A stretch of 64,000 nt of DNA from a virus (Duplodnaviria > Caudoviricetes), in the IMG/VR virus record IMGVR_UViG_2574179795_000001, positions 23,063 through 87,062 of that record. The stretch is one strand, 5' to 3'. A model generated the notes under the pieces. It saw nothing but the letters and a program-made list of their open reading frames with translations, did no database searches and was not told the origin of the DNA. Position numbers and translations under genes: made by a program. Within the stretch, counting starts at the first letter, position 1. The number at the start of each line of letters is the position of its first letter. Shown in pieces: positions 1 through 8,724 of the stretch.

Positions 1-4
1 GCCC

Positions 5-538
5 GTGCTCGAACGTGAACCCGGCCGTTCCATGTCCGTTCACCCGGGGATGCCCGGCAACGCGACGATCATCAACCTGACGGCGGGCGGTGACGACACC
101 CCGCTCGGCCGGCTGCGGACGGTGGAGGACGACTGGCGGCGGGCGCGGGGCTTCACGGTGCAGACGTGGCGGCCGACCGCGGACGTGATGGCCGGCGTGC
201 TGCGGTTCCTGCGGGTGCAGTTGCCGTGGGCGTGCGCGCAGCACAAGAACCCCCGCCTCGTCGACGGTGAGCCGCTGCTCCCCGACGTGCTGCTGCTGTC
301 CGAAGCGCTCCACCGCACCGTCGCCGACCTCCAGGCCGCGGTCACCGGTGAACCCCGCGCCCGCACCATCCCCGTCCGCTGCCTCGCCGAATGGGACGAC
401 GGCGTCCGATGTGGCGCGGAGATGCGCGTCGGCGCCAACACCCTGCGAACCATCTGCCCGGGCTGCTCAGCGGTCTGGACGAGGGACGCGTTCATCCGGC
501 TTGCCGAGTCGGCCAACCAGTTCGGAGCTGCAGCGTGA
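5..538 (+). CDS. Actinophage conserved protein with C-terminal Zn-ribbon (possibly 5' truncated)
   Basis: C-x10-C...CPGC-x3-W C-terminus typical of actinophage proteins found next to the late HTH regulator; GTGA overlap with next gene. Confidence 0.7.
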   Translation: MLEREPGRSMSVHPGMPGNATIINLTAGGDDTPLGRLRTVEDDWRRARGFTVQTWRPTADVMAGVLRFLRVQLPWACAQHKNPRLVDGEPLLPDVLLLSEALHRTVADLQAAVTGEPRARTIPVRCLAEWDDGVRCGAEMRVGANTLRTICPGCSAVWTRDAFIRLAESANQFGAAA

Positions 539-783
539 TCGAGACCGCCATTGAGGCCGTACTCGCCGAACCCATTACCCATTGGCCGTGCAGCTGGGAG
601 GACTGCCCCAAGCCTGCCGTGGCAGCTGCCCGCTTCCACGATCAGGTCGGCCACGTCCACGACTGCTCGCAGCACATCGCTTGGCTGAGGGAATGGAGTG
701 ACGTTGCCGAGATCGTCCCGCTGCCCTGTCCGTTCGCGCACGGTGACGTCACATGGGTCGACCAGCCGAAGGAGCTGACATGA
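535..783 (+). CDS. Small Cys/His-rich hypothetical protein (82 aa)
   Basis: GTG start overlapping upstream stop; within ORF 391..783. Confidence 0.7.
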   Translation: MIETAIEAVLAEPITHWPCSWEDCPKPAVAAARFHDQVGHVHDCSQHIAWLREWSDVAEIVPLPCPFAHGDVTWVDQPKELT

Positions 784-992
784 CGGGTTTTCAGCAGACG
801 GCGGTGTGGCTGTTCGTCACGTTCTGCGGATCAGTGACGGTGCGCACGGTCGTGAAGGCGTGGGCCGGCGCGCGGGTTGATGTGGCCCGTGAGCATGCCC
901 GCGTGTATCTCGAAGCGAACCGTGCCGTGATCGACGCCCAGCACGGGCCGCAGTTCGTACCGCCTGCGTGGACGACGGACGGTGAGGCATGA
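780..992 (+). CDS. Small hypothetical protein with N-terminal hydrophobic helix (70 aa)
   Basis: ATGA overlap, GGAG SD; TAVWLFVTFCGSVTV. Confidence 0.7.
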   Translation: MTGFQQTAVWLFVTFCGSVTVRTVVKAWAGARVDVAREHARVYLEANRAVIDAQHGPQFVPPAWTTDGEA

Positions 993-1345
993 GCGGCGAG
1001 CACTTCTACGTCTCGACCGGATGTCTCCACGGGGACCTGGTCCTGCCGGACGGGCGGGACGGGCATGGCTACTGCCAGTCGGATACGGGTGCGGTGGGGA
1101 CGAAGACGCCCGCGCGTTGCAAGTTCTGCCCTGCCCCGTGCCGGTGCCCCTGTCATGAGGGCGTGGACATGGCTGGCACCGCGGCGCCGGAGTTTCGGGA
1201 GGACGTCAACGGCGTGTGGTCGTGGCAGTGCAACGGCGGCCCGGGGTGTGTCGGGTGGTACCGGTTCGGCTGGGCCTCCCAGGAGGCGGCTCGCGCTGAG
1301 TGGGACGAGCACGTGAAGCGTGACCACAAGGAGGCAGCGCGGTGA
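989..1345 (+). CDS. Cys-rich hypothetical protein (118 aa)
   Basis: Coupled starts/stops; CKFCPAPCRCPCH motif. Confidence 0.75.
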   Translation: MSGEHFYVSTGCLHGDLVLPDGRDGHGYCQSDTGAVGTKTPARCKFCPAPCRCPCHEGVDMAGTAAPEFREDVNGVWSWQCNGGPGCVGWYRFGWASQEAARAEWDEHVKRDHKEAAR

Positions 1346-1857
1346 CCGTTCATGAGGTTCCGCAGCCGGGCGATATCGGCCTGACCAGCATTGTTGGCGC
1401 GGTCGGCTGGGGCATACGCCTCGGTGAGTTCCTGCTCGGCGACGGGGTGACGCCGTACGAGCACGCGTTCATCGTCCTCGACGACAACACGCTGTTGGAG
1501 GCTGAGCCGGGTGGTGCGCGGATCGCCGGCCTGGACGAGTACGCGGGCCGGCACGTCGAGTACGTTTCGCCCGAGCTCAGCACGGAGCAGCGGTACGCGA
1601 TCTGCGCGGCGGCTCGCAACCTGATCAACACCCCGTATTCGGCTGCGGACTACTTCGCGATCGCCGCGCACCGGTTCCACATCCCGGCGCCCGGGTTGCG
1701 CCGCTACATCTCGGACCGGGGCCACATGATCTGCTCCCAGCTTGTCGATCAGTGCTACCAGGACGCGGGCGTGCAGCTGTTCAACGACGGTCGGTGGCCA
1801 GGATTTGTGACCCCGGCCGACCTGGCGCTGCTGCTCGGACGGGAGGGGCAGCGGTGA
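1342..1857 (+). CDS. Permuted papain-like NlpC/P60 amidase (YiiX/YebB/LRAT-type)
   Basis: His (YEHAFIV) precedes EAEPGG, PYS and catalytic Cys in ICSQLV. Confidence 0.8.
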   Translation: MTVHEVPQPGDIGLTSIVGAVGWGIRLGEFLLGDGVTPYEHAFIVLDDNTLLEAEPGGARIAGLDEYAGRHVEYVSPELSTEQRYAICAAARNLINTPYSAADYFAIAAHRFHIPAPGLRRYISDRGHMICSQLVDQCYQDAGVQLFNDGRWPGFVTPADLALLLGREGQR

Positions 1858-2177
1858 GCAGTTTCCCTGTGGTCCTGCTGCGGGCGCTCGCCTCGCCGGC
1901 TTGGAAGGCAGCGGAGGACTTCAAGGCTGGGATGCAGCGGCTCGTGTCCGAGCCGGGACCGTCCGCTGAGAAGGTAGCGGCTGCGCGTGCCGGTATCGAG
2001 GCGCTCGCTGCTGGTGCCGCCCGCTGTCCGTGCGGTCATCGCCTGGACTCTGATCGGGCGTGTCTGAACGGCCGTATCTACGGCCCGTGCGGCACCTCTG
2101 GCTGCGACGGTCCGTGCACCGACACGTACGGGTACTGCAACGCCGATGTCTGCGCGTGCCCCGAGGAGGACGAATGA
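1854..2177 (+). CDS. Cys-rich hypothetical protein (107 aa)
   Basis: GTGA coupling; several Cys pairs. Confidence 0.65.
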   Translation: MSSFPVVLLRALASPAWKAAEDFKAGMQRLVSEPGPSAEKVAAARAGIEALAAGAARCPCGHRLDSDRACLNGRIYGPCGTSGCDGPCTDTYGYCNADVCACPEEDE

Positions 2178-2494
2178 GCGGCGAGTTCGACGGGATCGGC
2201 GGCCTGCTGGCCGGCTCGGAAGCCGAGCGGTCGCCGGAGCAGTGGGCCCAGCAGTTGGAGGCCGAGGTGATGCGGGACTACGACGAGTGGATGGCTGGGG
2301 AGCGGCTTGCTGCCGCCGAGGAGCGGGCCCGGGAGACGCGCTTGTACTGGTCGGGGCGTCCGGATCCGATCACGCGTCAGATCTTGCGGGCGTACGGGTT
2401 GAGGGCGGCGGACGTCGGCTTGGTGCAGCGGTCGGCGTTCTCGTCGGGGTACAGGCGCCGGCAGCGGGCCCGGGTCAAGCGGAGGCGACGGTGA
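2174..2494 (+). CDS. Hypothetical protein (106 aa)
   Basis: ATGA coupling, GAGGA SD. Confidence 0.7.
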   Translation: MSGEFDGIGGLLAGSEAERSPEQWAQQLEAEVMRDYDEWMAGERLAAAEERARETRLYWSGRPDPITRQILRAYGLRAADVGLVQRSAFSSGYRRRQRARVKRRRR

Positions 2495-2760
2495 ACGGGC
2501 GCTGGTCGGCGCCGTGGCTGGACAGCCGGCTGGATGCGGTCAGGGCGGACCCCGTGACGGCGTTCGCCATGGCGCTCGCTGAACGGATCCAGGTGGTGGA
2601 CCTGCTGGTGGAGGAGGCGTTCTTGTACGGCGTGACGAGCCGTCGACAGCAGCTGCGGGATGAGGGTTGGTCGGGTTGGCTGTTGGATCTGGACGCGCCG
2701 GTGCGGGTGGCGCCGGCCGGGGTGCGGGCGCCGAAGGGCGAGAAGCGGAGGCGGCGGTGA
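2491..2760 (+). CDS. Hypothetical protein (89 aa)
   Basis: GTGA coupling, GGAGG SD. Confidence 0.65.
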   Translation: MNGRWSAPWLDSRLDAVRADPVTAFAMALAERIQVVDLLVEEAFLYGVTSRRQQLRDEGWSGWLLDLDAPVRVAPAGVRAPKGEKRRRR

Positions 2761-3155
2761 GCGAGCGGCCGGTGGTGTTTGTAGCGTGCCCTGGCCAGCC
2801 GGCGTGCCCGGATCGGCTGTTCAAGGTCGCTGGCCATCGGCACTTCAGCCGGGCCGTTGTTCGGGTTCGCCGGGTGGTGTCGTGCTGCTGGGAGGTGTGG
2901 TGTCCGTGCTGCCTGTCGGCCCCGGTGGTGGCGCAGGCGTCGTCGTGGGAGCGGGCGATGCTGCGCGCCGGCAAGCACGTGGCGGAGGTCCACGGTGACG
3001 GGCGGCCGGCGGCACTCGGCGAGCCGTTGCCGGCCGACTTCGCGCATCTGCCGTGCGGCGGCTGGTGCCTCGGGGACTGCCCGGGCTGCTGCGCGTGCGG
3101 GACAGTGCGCTGTTCAGGGTGCGCTCCGGGCCGTGAGATGGGGGAGTTTGTGTGA
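2757..3155 (+). CDS. Very Cys-rich hypothetical protein (132 aa)
   Basis: GTGA coupling; WCPCC, CPGCCACG motifs. Confidence 0.65.
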   Translation: MSERPVVFVACPGQPACPDRLFKVAGHRHFSRAVVRVRRVVSCCWEVWCPCCLSAPVVAQASSWERAMLRAGKHVAEVHGDGRPAALGEPLPADFAHLPCGGWCLGDCPGCCACGTVRCSGCAPGREMGEFV

Positions 3156-3610
3156 GTAAGCATCCGGCAGTGCAGTTCCTGACGGCGGCTCTGGCGCGCG
3201 CCGAGGAGACCGCGAAGCCGGCGACGCCGGGGCCGTGGGGGGTTCGGCCTCCAAGCGATCACGGCGATGGCTGGGAGGTTTGTGGCCGCGGCCCAGGCCA
3301 CAATGGGAGCAGGTGGGTCGTTGGGGCGGAGTCGGGTGGCGGTGTCTACGACGAGGCCGATGCGCGGCACATCGCCCTGCACGATCCGGGGGCGGTGCTG
3401 CGCCGTGTCGCCGCGGACCGGCAGATCCTCGCCGAGCACCAGCCAGTCAAGGCCGTGGGTTACGACGGCTACGGGGTTGCGGTGATCGACACATGCATTC
3501 TTTGCGGCTCGCAGTACGCGCCCTACCCGTGCCGGACGGTGCTGCTGCTCGCGCAGGCCTGGGGCTGGGAGGCCTCGCATGCTGTCAGCCCGCAGCCCGA
3601 AATTGAATGA
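3152..3610 (+). CDS. DUF6221-like actinophage protein
   Basis: ATPGPW...ARHIALHDPGAVLRRVAADRQIL...PCRTVLLLA pattern recognised from memory. Confidence 0.75.
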   Translation: MSKHPAVQFLTAALARAEETAKPATPGPWGVRPPSDHGDGWEVCGRGPGHNGSRWVVGAESGGGVYDEADARHIALHDPGAVLRRVAADRQILAEHQPVKAVGYDGYGVAVIDTCILCGSQYAPYPCRTVLLLAQAWGWEASHAVSPQPEIE

Positions 3611-3659
3611 CCCGATCGGGCTCTGGCCGGGATTTTCCGCATCGGGCAGCGTGGTCGCC

Positions 3660-3857
3660 ATGACGACCTTCCAGCCGCTCACCGCGGCGCACCTGCCCAA
3701 CTTCTTCGACGCGGCCGGCCAGCCGCTCGGCTCGTCCAGCAAGTGTCCGGCCTGCAACCGAACGATCCGGTTCGACCTGAAGCTGTCGAACGGGAAGACG
3801 ATGCGCTTCGCGGGGACGTGCGGTCACGCGTTCGAGGTGCCGACGCCGAGCAAGTAG
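3660..3857 (+). CDS. Small Zn-ribbon protein (65 aa)
   Basis: CPAC...CGH; ATG 7 nt after CAGCGT, no SD. Confidence 0.6.
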   Translation: MTTFQPLTAAHLPNFFDAAGQPLGSSSKCPACNRTIRFDLKLSNGKTMRFAGTCGHAFEVPTPSK

Positions 3858-3870
3858 CCGGGCAGCACGA

Positions 3871-3901
3871 GGCCCCTGCCGCGTTGCGTGCGACAGGGGC
3901 C
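3871..3901. terminator. Stem-loop at the convergence of the rightward and leftward operons
   Basis: GGCCCCTG / CAGGGGCC inverted repeat. Confidence 0.5.
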
Positions 3902-4061
3902 AGGGCTCACATCCTCCGGGGGCGTCAGCCACCTTGCGGCGGGAGGGTCCGACAGCGGACCAGGCCTTGTCCCGGCAGACTGCGCCGCCCGGCTATGCCG
4001 GCGTCCCGGGTGCCACGGTTTCCCGGTGGCAGACGAGCGGCGCAGCACCAGGGTACGCCGG

Positions 4062-4256
4062 TCACATGACATCGGGTTCGCACGCCAGCAGCTCATGCCC
4101 ACGCTGCCGGTACCAGGCGTCGACGGCCCCCTGGACGGTCTCGCGTAGTTCCTCGCTGACGTCGTCGGCGTACATGGGCTCGCCGCCCTTGAGTGGCAGG
4201 TGTTCGGGCTTGTCGACGGTGAACGCGACCTCGATGTGCCGCCGCTCCCGGCTCAC
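4062..4256 (-). CDS. Hypothetical protein (64 aa)
   Basis: GTG start overlapping upstream stop. Confidence 0.65.
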   Translation of the reverse strand: MSRERRHIEVAFTVDKPEHLPLKGGEPMYADDVSEELRETVQGAVDAWYRQRGHELLACEPDVM

Positions 4257-4924
4257 GGTTGCCCGCCCGGGTTGTTCGCGGTGTTGCTGCTGGTCGGCGG
4301 GTTGTTCGGCATTGTTCGCGGGCCGGCGAAGACCTGGGCGCCGCATGCGCACCACAGGGACAGGTCGCCGACCCTGGCCCCGAGTTGCTTCGAGTCGAGG
4401 TGGTAGCAGGGTTCGCGGCTCACGTGCTGTTCGAAGAGGCCGCCGCAGGTGCTGCCGGCGGGTCCGTCCTGGCAGCGCTGCCCGAAGGTCGGGGTGCCGA
4501 CGTAGTTGTGGCCGTCGATCCGAGCGTTGTTCAGGTCGACCGGGGGTTCGCCTGAATGGCCGCCGCGACGTTCAGGTCCACTGCCGAGGACGCGCCGGAG
4601 GTCACCCCCGATGCCGTCCATGGCCTGCCGGAATCCGAGGCTGGCGTGGGCGTTCGCGAACCAGCGGGTCCACATGGCCTCGACGCCAGTACGGAGGCGG
4701 TCCCGTTCGGCTTCAGCCCTCCGGAGTCGCGCGTATGCCTTGAGCGTCTCCTCGTTGCCTTCCTCGATGTGCTGTTCGGCGATGGCCAGGTCGTCAACGA
4801 TCGGCTGCACCACGGTCATGACCGCTGCCAGCGTCTCGGGGGCAACCGAATCCGGGTCGGCCTGGGAATACCAAAGGCCATGGCTGATAGCAGCAGCGAT
4901 GCGGGCCTTCAGGTCTTCGGTCAC
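4253..4924 (-). CDS. Hypothetical coiled-coil/Cys protein (223 aa)
   Basis: Coupled operon; AEAERDRLR coiled coil. Confidence 0.7.
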   Translation of the reverse strand: MTEDLKARIAAAISHGLWYSQADPDSVAPETLAAVMTVVQPIVDDLAIAEQHIEEGNEETLKAYARLRRAEAERDRLRTGVEAMWTRWFANAHASLGFRQAMDGIGGDLRRVLGSGPERRGGHSGEPPVDLNNARIDGHNYVGTPTFGQRCQDGPAGSTCGGLFEQHVSREPCYHLDSKQLGARVGDLSLWCACGAQVFAGPRTMPNNPPTSSNTANNPGGQP

Positions 4925-5328
4925 CGCTGCTCCTCGGCCAGGAAGTCGTGCACGCCGCGGTCGATCGTGCAGCGGCTGCAGTAGTCGGCGCGGATCGCCG
5001 CGTCGTGGGTGTGCTCGTGGCGTTCGTGGCCGCAGGTCCGGCACGTCTCGTGCTGGCGCAGTTCGGCGGCGAGCCGGTCGCGTTCGGCCTTGATGCGCGT
5101 GATGGCCTGGACCCAGTCGAGCAGCCCGTGTGTCTCCAGGTGTGCCTTCACGATCACGTCAACGGCCTGCAGGGCGCCCGCTGCGGCCCCGAACGCGATC
5201 GGGTCGACACCCGCCGGCGCCGGGATGTCAGCGATCGGGTACAGCCTGTCCGGGTCGGTGAAGTCGGGGGCGGCCTGGTCGTGGTGCCAGCCACAGTCGA
5301 GCGGGCAGAAGTAGCGGGTGACGGTCAC
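4921..5328 (-). CDS. Hypothetical Zn-binding protein (135 aa)
   Basis: CPLDCGWHH and CRTCGH...CSRC motifs. Confidence 0.75.
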   Translation of the reverse strand: MTVTRYFCPLDCGWHHDQAAPDFTDPDRLYPIADIPAPAGVDPIAFGAAAGALQAVDVIVKAHLETHGLLDWVQAITRIKAERDRLAAELRQHETCRTCGHERHEHTHDAAIRADYCSRCTIDRGVHDFLAEEQR

Positions 5329-5522
5329 TGCCGCTTCCCTTCGAGTTCGCTTGCGGTGTCCCGCAGCACGGTGATTGTGGCCAGCACGGACGGCAGGAGC
5401 GTCCCGTCTTCGAGGGCGGCTTCGAGCCGGTTCGCCAGGTAGATCAGCCGTCCGGCTGGGGCGCGCCGGCCGAGGTGCACGGCCCGGACGATCCCGGCTG
5501 CACGCTCTTCACTGGGGTTCAC
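5325..5522 (-). CDS. Hypothetical protein (65 aa)
   Basis: GTGA coupling. Confidence 0.6.
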   Translation of the reverse strand: MNPSEERAAGIVRAVHLGRRAPAGRLIYLANRLEAALEDGTLLPSVLATITVLRDTASELEGKRQ

Positions 5523-6163
5523 GGCTGCTCCCTCCGAGCTGCGGCGCGCTGCTCCGCGACCCACGTCTCGTACCGGCGGGTCTCCTCGGTGGCCAGGCGC
5601 TGCGCCTCGGCGATCGCTTCGTCGCGGGTCCAGCGGTAGATCACGCCGATGTGGAGGTTCCCGCGGTAGACCCACCCGTCACCGGTCCACACGTGGTCGC
5701 CGGGCTGGAGGTTCGGGTTGAGGATCAGCCAGCCATCTGGGAACCGGTCGGCCCAGTTGGCGGTGACCTTCTGGACGATCAGCGGCTCGGGCTGCAGCAC
5801 CGGGCCGCTGTCGGAACGGTCGGGATCTGCGGCCTCGGGGCAGGGGATGCGGAACTCCGTGGCGAACAGGAGCTGTTGGAGCGCTTCGTGGCCGCGCTGG
5901 TTCTCGGCTCGGACCTTCGCCATGAAGTCGCGCGGGTCCGGTGGTGGTGGCGATGCTGCCATGAAGGCGTGCGCCCAGTCTTGCGTGTAGTCGCAGCCGT
6001 CGGCGGGGCAGTGCCAGCCGTTCTCGGTGGCGACGAGGACGCCCTCGTTGTTCGGGTGTTGGTCGCGTTGGCCGCACGTGAACGGGTGTATGCGGCCGGA
6101 CTGCTGGTAGTCGTTGAGGTGGGTGACCTGCTCGGCGGTCCACGGGGTGGTGAAGGAGGTCAT
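5519..6163 (-). CDS. Phage protein with HPFTC...LVAT..GW.C domain (214 aa)
   Basis: ATGA coupling; Cys/His motif domain. Confidence 0.75.
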   Translation of the reverse strand: MTSFTTPWTAEQVTHLNDYQQSGRIHPFTCGQRDQHPNNEGVLVATENGWHCPADGCDYTQDWAHAFMAASPPPPDPRDFMAKVRAENQRGHEALQQLLFATEFRIPCPEAADPDRSDSGPVLQPEPLIVQKVTANWADRFPDGWLILNPNLQPGDHVWTGDGWVYRGNLHIGVIYRWTRDEAIAEAQRLATEETRRYETWVAEQRAAARREQP

Positions 6164-6363
6164 GTCTGGTCTCCGGTGATGGCCCTTGCGAGGGCGACGG
6201 TTTCGGGGCCGCCGACGCGGTGCAGCGGGTCGGGGTCGAGGCCGGCCATGCGGGCCCAGCGGGTGAGGATGGCGGCGATCAGCGGGTTGCAGGAGACGGG
6301 GAGCCCGGACGGGCGTTCGCCGAGCTCCTTGACGGCGGCGAGCAGCACCTCGGCGTCGGTCAT
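6160..6363 (-). CDS. Hypothetical protein (67 aa)
   Basis: TGATG coupling. Confidence 0.65.
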   Translation of the reverse strand: MTDAEVLLAAVKELGERPSGLPVSCNPLIAAILTRWARMAGLDPDPLHRVGGPETVALARAITGDQT

Positions 6364-6749
6364 CAGAATCGCCACCAGCCGTCGAACGACGCCGGGATCT
6401 CGGGGTAGTTGGCGAGCATCGGCAGCAGTAGGTCGAGGTGCTGGGCGATGACGTCGGGTTCCTGCGCGCGCCAGTACCGTTCGCCCGCGCCCCAGTACCG
6501 TTCGCCGTCCCACCGACCGAAGCAGGTGCCACCGTATCGACCGTCGTCGTGCCGACGTAGGAACTCAGCGGCGTCCGCCGGGGCGGGGTGCTGGATGTCC
6601 CACAGGTGGCCGATGCAGGCGACGGTGGCGCCGTTGCGCCGCCGGAACCAGACTGCGCCGAGAGTGACCATGTGCTCTGTGACGCGCAGACTGTTCAGGT
6701 CGACGGCGTACGGGCGGCGGGAGATCAGGAATCGGTCCTCGCGGATCAT
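6363..6749 (-). CDS. Hypothetical Trp-rich protein (128 aa)
   Basis: Coupled ORF; contains a 21-bp-period internal duplication. Confidence 0.75.
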   Translation of the reverse strand: MIREDRFLISRRPYAVDLNSLRVTEHMVTLGAVWFRRRNGATVACIGHLWDIQHPAPADAAEFLRRHDDGRYGGTCFGRWDGERYWGAGERYWRAQEPDVIAQHLDLLLPMLANYPEIPASFDGWWRF

Positions 6750-6982
6750 CCCCGCACCTCCGTCTCGCAGGTGTCGCAGAGCGGGTGGTCACCTGGTGTG
6801 GCGCCGTAGTTGCCGCAGCGCTCACATTCGGTGTTGGCGTGGGCGGACCTGACCTTGCGGGCGAGGCGGACGACGGTGGCGGCGAGTTCCTCCTCGTCGT
6901 GCTCGCGGAAGAGGTGGTCTTCGAGTTCGGCGTCGTCGTACAGGTCGTCGAGGTCGCATCCGGTTACGGGACAGGCGATCAC
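6746..6982 (-). CDS. Small Zn-finger protein (78 aa)
   Basis: CPVTGC...H...H and CERC...CDTC. Confidence 0.7.
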   Translation of the reverse strand: MIACPVTGCDLDDLYDDAELEDHLFREHDEEELAATVVRLARKVRSAHANTECERCGNYGATPGDHPLCDTCETEVRG

Positions 6983-7128
6983 AGGGTCTCCTGGGCGTGG
7001 AAGCGGTCAAGGTTGAGGGAGGGCAGCGCCGCGATCTCGGCGTCGGTGGTCGGCCGGGCCGGGATCTCGAAGCACCAGGTCGGGTCGTGGGCGGCGAGTT
7101 GCTGACCGCAGGTCTCACAGTTGGTCAT
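6979..7128 (-). CDS. Microprotein (49 aa)
   Basis: ATGA coupling to thg1; CETC...H...C. Confidence 0.6.
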   Translation of the reverse strand: MTNCETCGQQLAAHDPTWCFEIPARPTTDAEIAALPSLNLDRFHAQETL

Positions 7129-7919
7129 GCCGCCGTCTCCTCGGTCTTGGTCAGGGTCGGCGGTGCGGGGATTGTCTGGGCGAGCCAGCCGCTGGGTTCG
7201 GTGGTGAAGTGCGGTGCGCCGGCGGTCTCCCACCAGGTGCGGACCGCAGTTGCCTGGACGGTCTGGCCGCTGCGCTTGTCGACGTACTCGACCTGGCGCT
7301 CGCCGACCTGCCGGACGGTGACCCGGCCGCGCTTGAACCCGTCGGGGTAGTCGTTCCAGTTGATGCCGTGCTCGGACCAGAGCATGTCCTGCATGCGGCC
7401 GGTGTTGACGCCGTGGAGTTGCCGGTGGGAGAAGCGGGCCTGCGCGGCCATGCTGATGCTGTTGCGGACGGCATCACGCTGGCGCCACAGAAAGTAGTTG
7501 GCGACCTCAACCGGGTCGGCGACGGTGAACACGCGGGCGTCGAACAGGGCGCGCTTCCCGGGCCGGCGGGCGTTCAGTTCGGCGGTGGCGAGTGCAGCGG
7601 CGATGCTGATCTGCTTGGCAGCGATCCCGCCGAACCACGGCTGCGTGTTGACGCTCCCGAAGTCGGTGTACAGGACGCTGATCTCGTCGGACTGGGTGTA
7701 CGCCATGACGGCGCCAGTGATCTCGGCGCACAGAGCCTCGGCGACCGCATCCATGTCGGCGGCGAACTGGGCATCGAAGGGGCACTCGGCGCCGCGCAGG
7801 TAGGCGTGGAAGGAGCGTCCGTCGACCCGCAGGATGGAGAAGGTGCGGCGGGGCAGCATGCTGCGGTAGGCGGCTTCGTGCTGCTTCATCCTGTCGCCGA
7901 GCGCGGTCGAGTCGGTCAT
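7125..7919 (-). CDS. thg1: tRNA(His) guanylyltransferase Thg1-like 3'-5' nucleotidyltransferase
   Basis: LRVDGRSFH, YTQSDEIS, FDARV, YFLWRQRDAVRNS motifs; catalytic Asp/Asp-Glu intact. Confidence 0.93.
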   Translation of the reverse strand: MTDSTALGDRMKQHEAAYRSMLPRRTFSILRVDGRSFHAYLRGAECPFDAQFAADMDAVAEALCAEITGAVMAYTQSDEISVLYTDFGSVNTQPWFGGIAAKQISIAAALATAELNARRPGKRALFDARVFTVADPVEVANYFLWRQRDAVRNSISMAAQARFSHRQLHGVNTGRMQDMLWSEHGINWNDYPDGFKRGRVTVRQVGERQVEYVDKRSGQTVQATAVRTWWETAGAPHFTTEPSGWLAQTIPAPPTLTKTEETAA

Positions 7920-8037
7920 GAGGGTGCCTCTCGGGCTGGGTGGTATGCGTCGATTATCTCATTTGTGCCACTTGATCGCACCTGCCTTGCGGGCCCAATC
8001 AGCGCCGTGAGCAGGCAAGTTGGGCCCAGGCCAGGCG

Positions 8038-8241
8038 CTACGCGTCGCCTAGTCGGTAGCCGACGGCGAGTTCACCGGGCGTGATCCATGCGCGGAGCCG
8101 ACCGGTCTCCACGTCGGTGATCCTCGCGGAGTTGTGGCGGACCTCGTCGTAGTCGGTCCAGTCGCCGACCGGGGTGAGGATGACGATCTGGGGCTGGCTG
8201 GGGTCGTTCGGCTGGTAGGTCTGGCCGGGCTCGACGCTCAC
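8038..8241 (-). CDS. Small phage protein (DUF6354-like), paralogue of 9638-9811
   Basis: EPGQTY...ARITDVETG...GYRL. Confidence 0.65.
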   Translation of the reverse strand: MSVEPGQTYQPNDPSQPQIVILTPVGDWTDYDEVRHNSARITDVETGRLRAWITPGELAVGYRLGDA

Positions 8242-8474
8242 AACTCCCCCTCTCGGCAGCCGATCTGGTGGTCGCCGTCGGTCCCGTCACACGTCGGGCA
8301 CTCGGCGTTGCGCCGCTCGATGCGGTCAAGGCCGGCGCGCACCCCGTCGAGGATCGTGCTGGCGTTCGTGGTGTGCTGGCGCATGGCGTCCAAGTTGCCG
8401 CGGGCTTCGGCGATGGCAGCCTTGCTGGCGGCGATGTCGGCTCGGATTGCGGAGAGCGGGGTGGTGTCGGTCAT
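8238..8474 (-). CDS. Coiled-coil microprotein with CPTC...H...C (78 aa)
   Basis: Coupled ORF. Confidence 0.7.
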   Translation of the reverse strand: MTDTTPLSAIRADIAASKAAIAEARGNLDAMRQHTTNASTILDGVRAGLDRIERRNAECPTCDGTDGDHQIGCREGEL

Positions 8475-8484
8475 CGTGCTGCCC

Positions 8485-8673
8485 CTACGAGTTGATGCGG
8501 CTGAGGATCTCGGCGACGCGGCCGTTGGCGTATGTGTCGTAGGTGACGCGCTCGTCGGGGGTGGCGTGCCACGGGTTGTAGTCCGGGTTCGCTTCCGTGA
8601 ACTCGTTGTGGGCCTGGGCGTGCGCGTGGCAGCGGGCGTTGTAGGCGTCGTCTTCGGGGTGGCTGGCGTTCAT
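8485..8673 (-). CDS. Hypothetical protein (62 aa)
   Basis: AAGGAG SD. Confidence 0.65.
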   Translation of the reverse strand: MNASHPEDDAYNARCHAHAQAHNEFTEANPDYNPWHATPDERVTYDTYANGRVAEILSRINS

Positions 8674-8724
8674 GTGCTGCTCCTTCGGGTTGGGCCGGCC
8701 GCCGGGAAGACAGCCGGGGGCGGG

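Noticed and set aside
6471-6506. 15-bp direct repeat CCAGTACCGTTCGCC with a 21-bp period
   Set aside because: A simple in-frame tandem duplication (GERYW twice) with no sign of regulatory function.
7125-7919. Search for a phage tRNA (especially tRNA-His) to pair with Thg1
   Set aside because: No cloverleaf with T-loop and CCA signature was recognised by eye; a tRNAscan-SE run is needed to exclude one formally.
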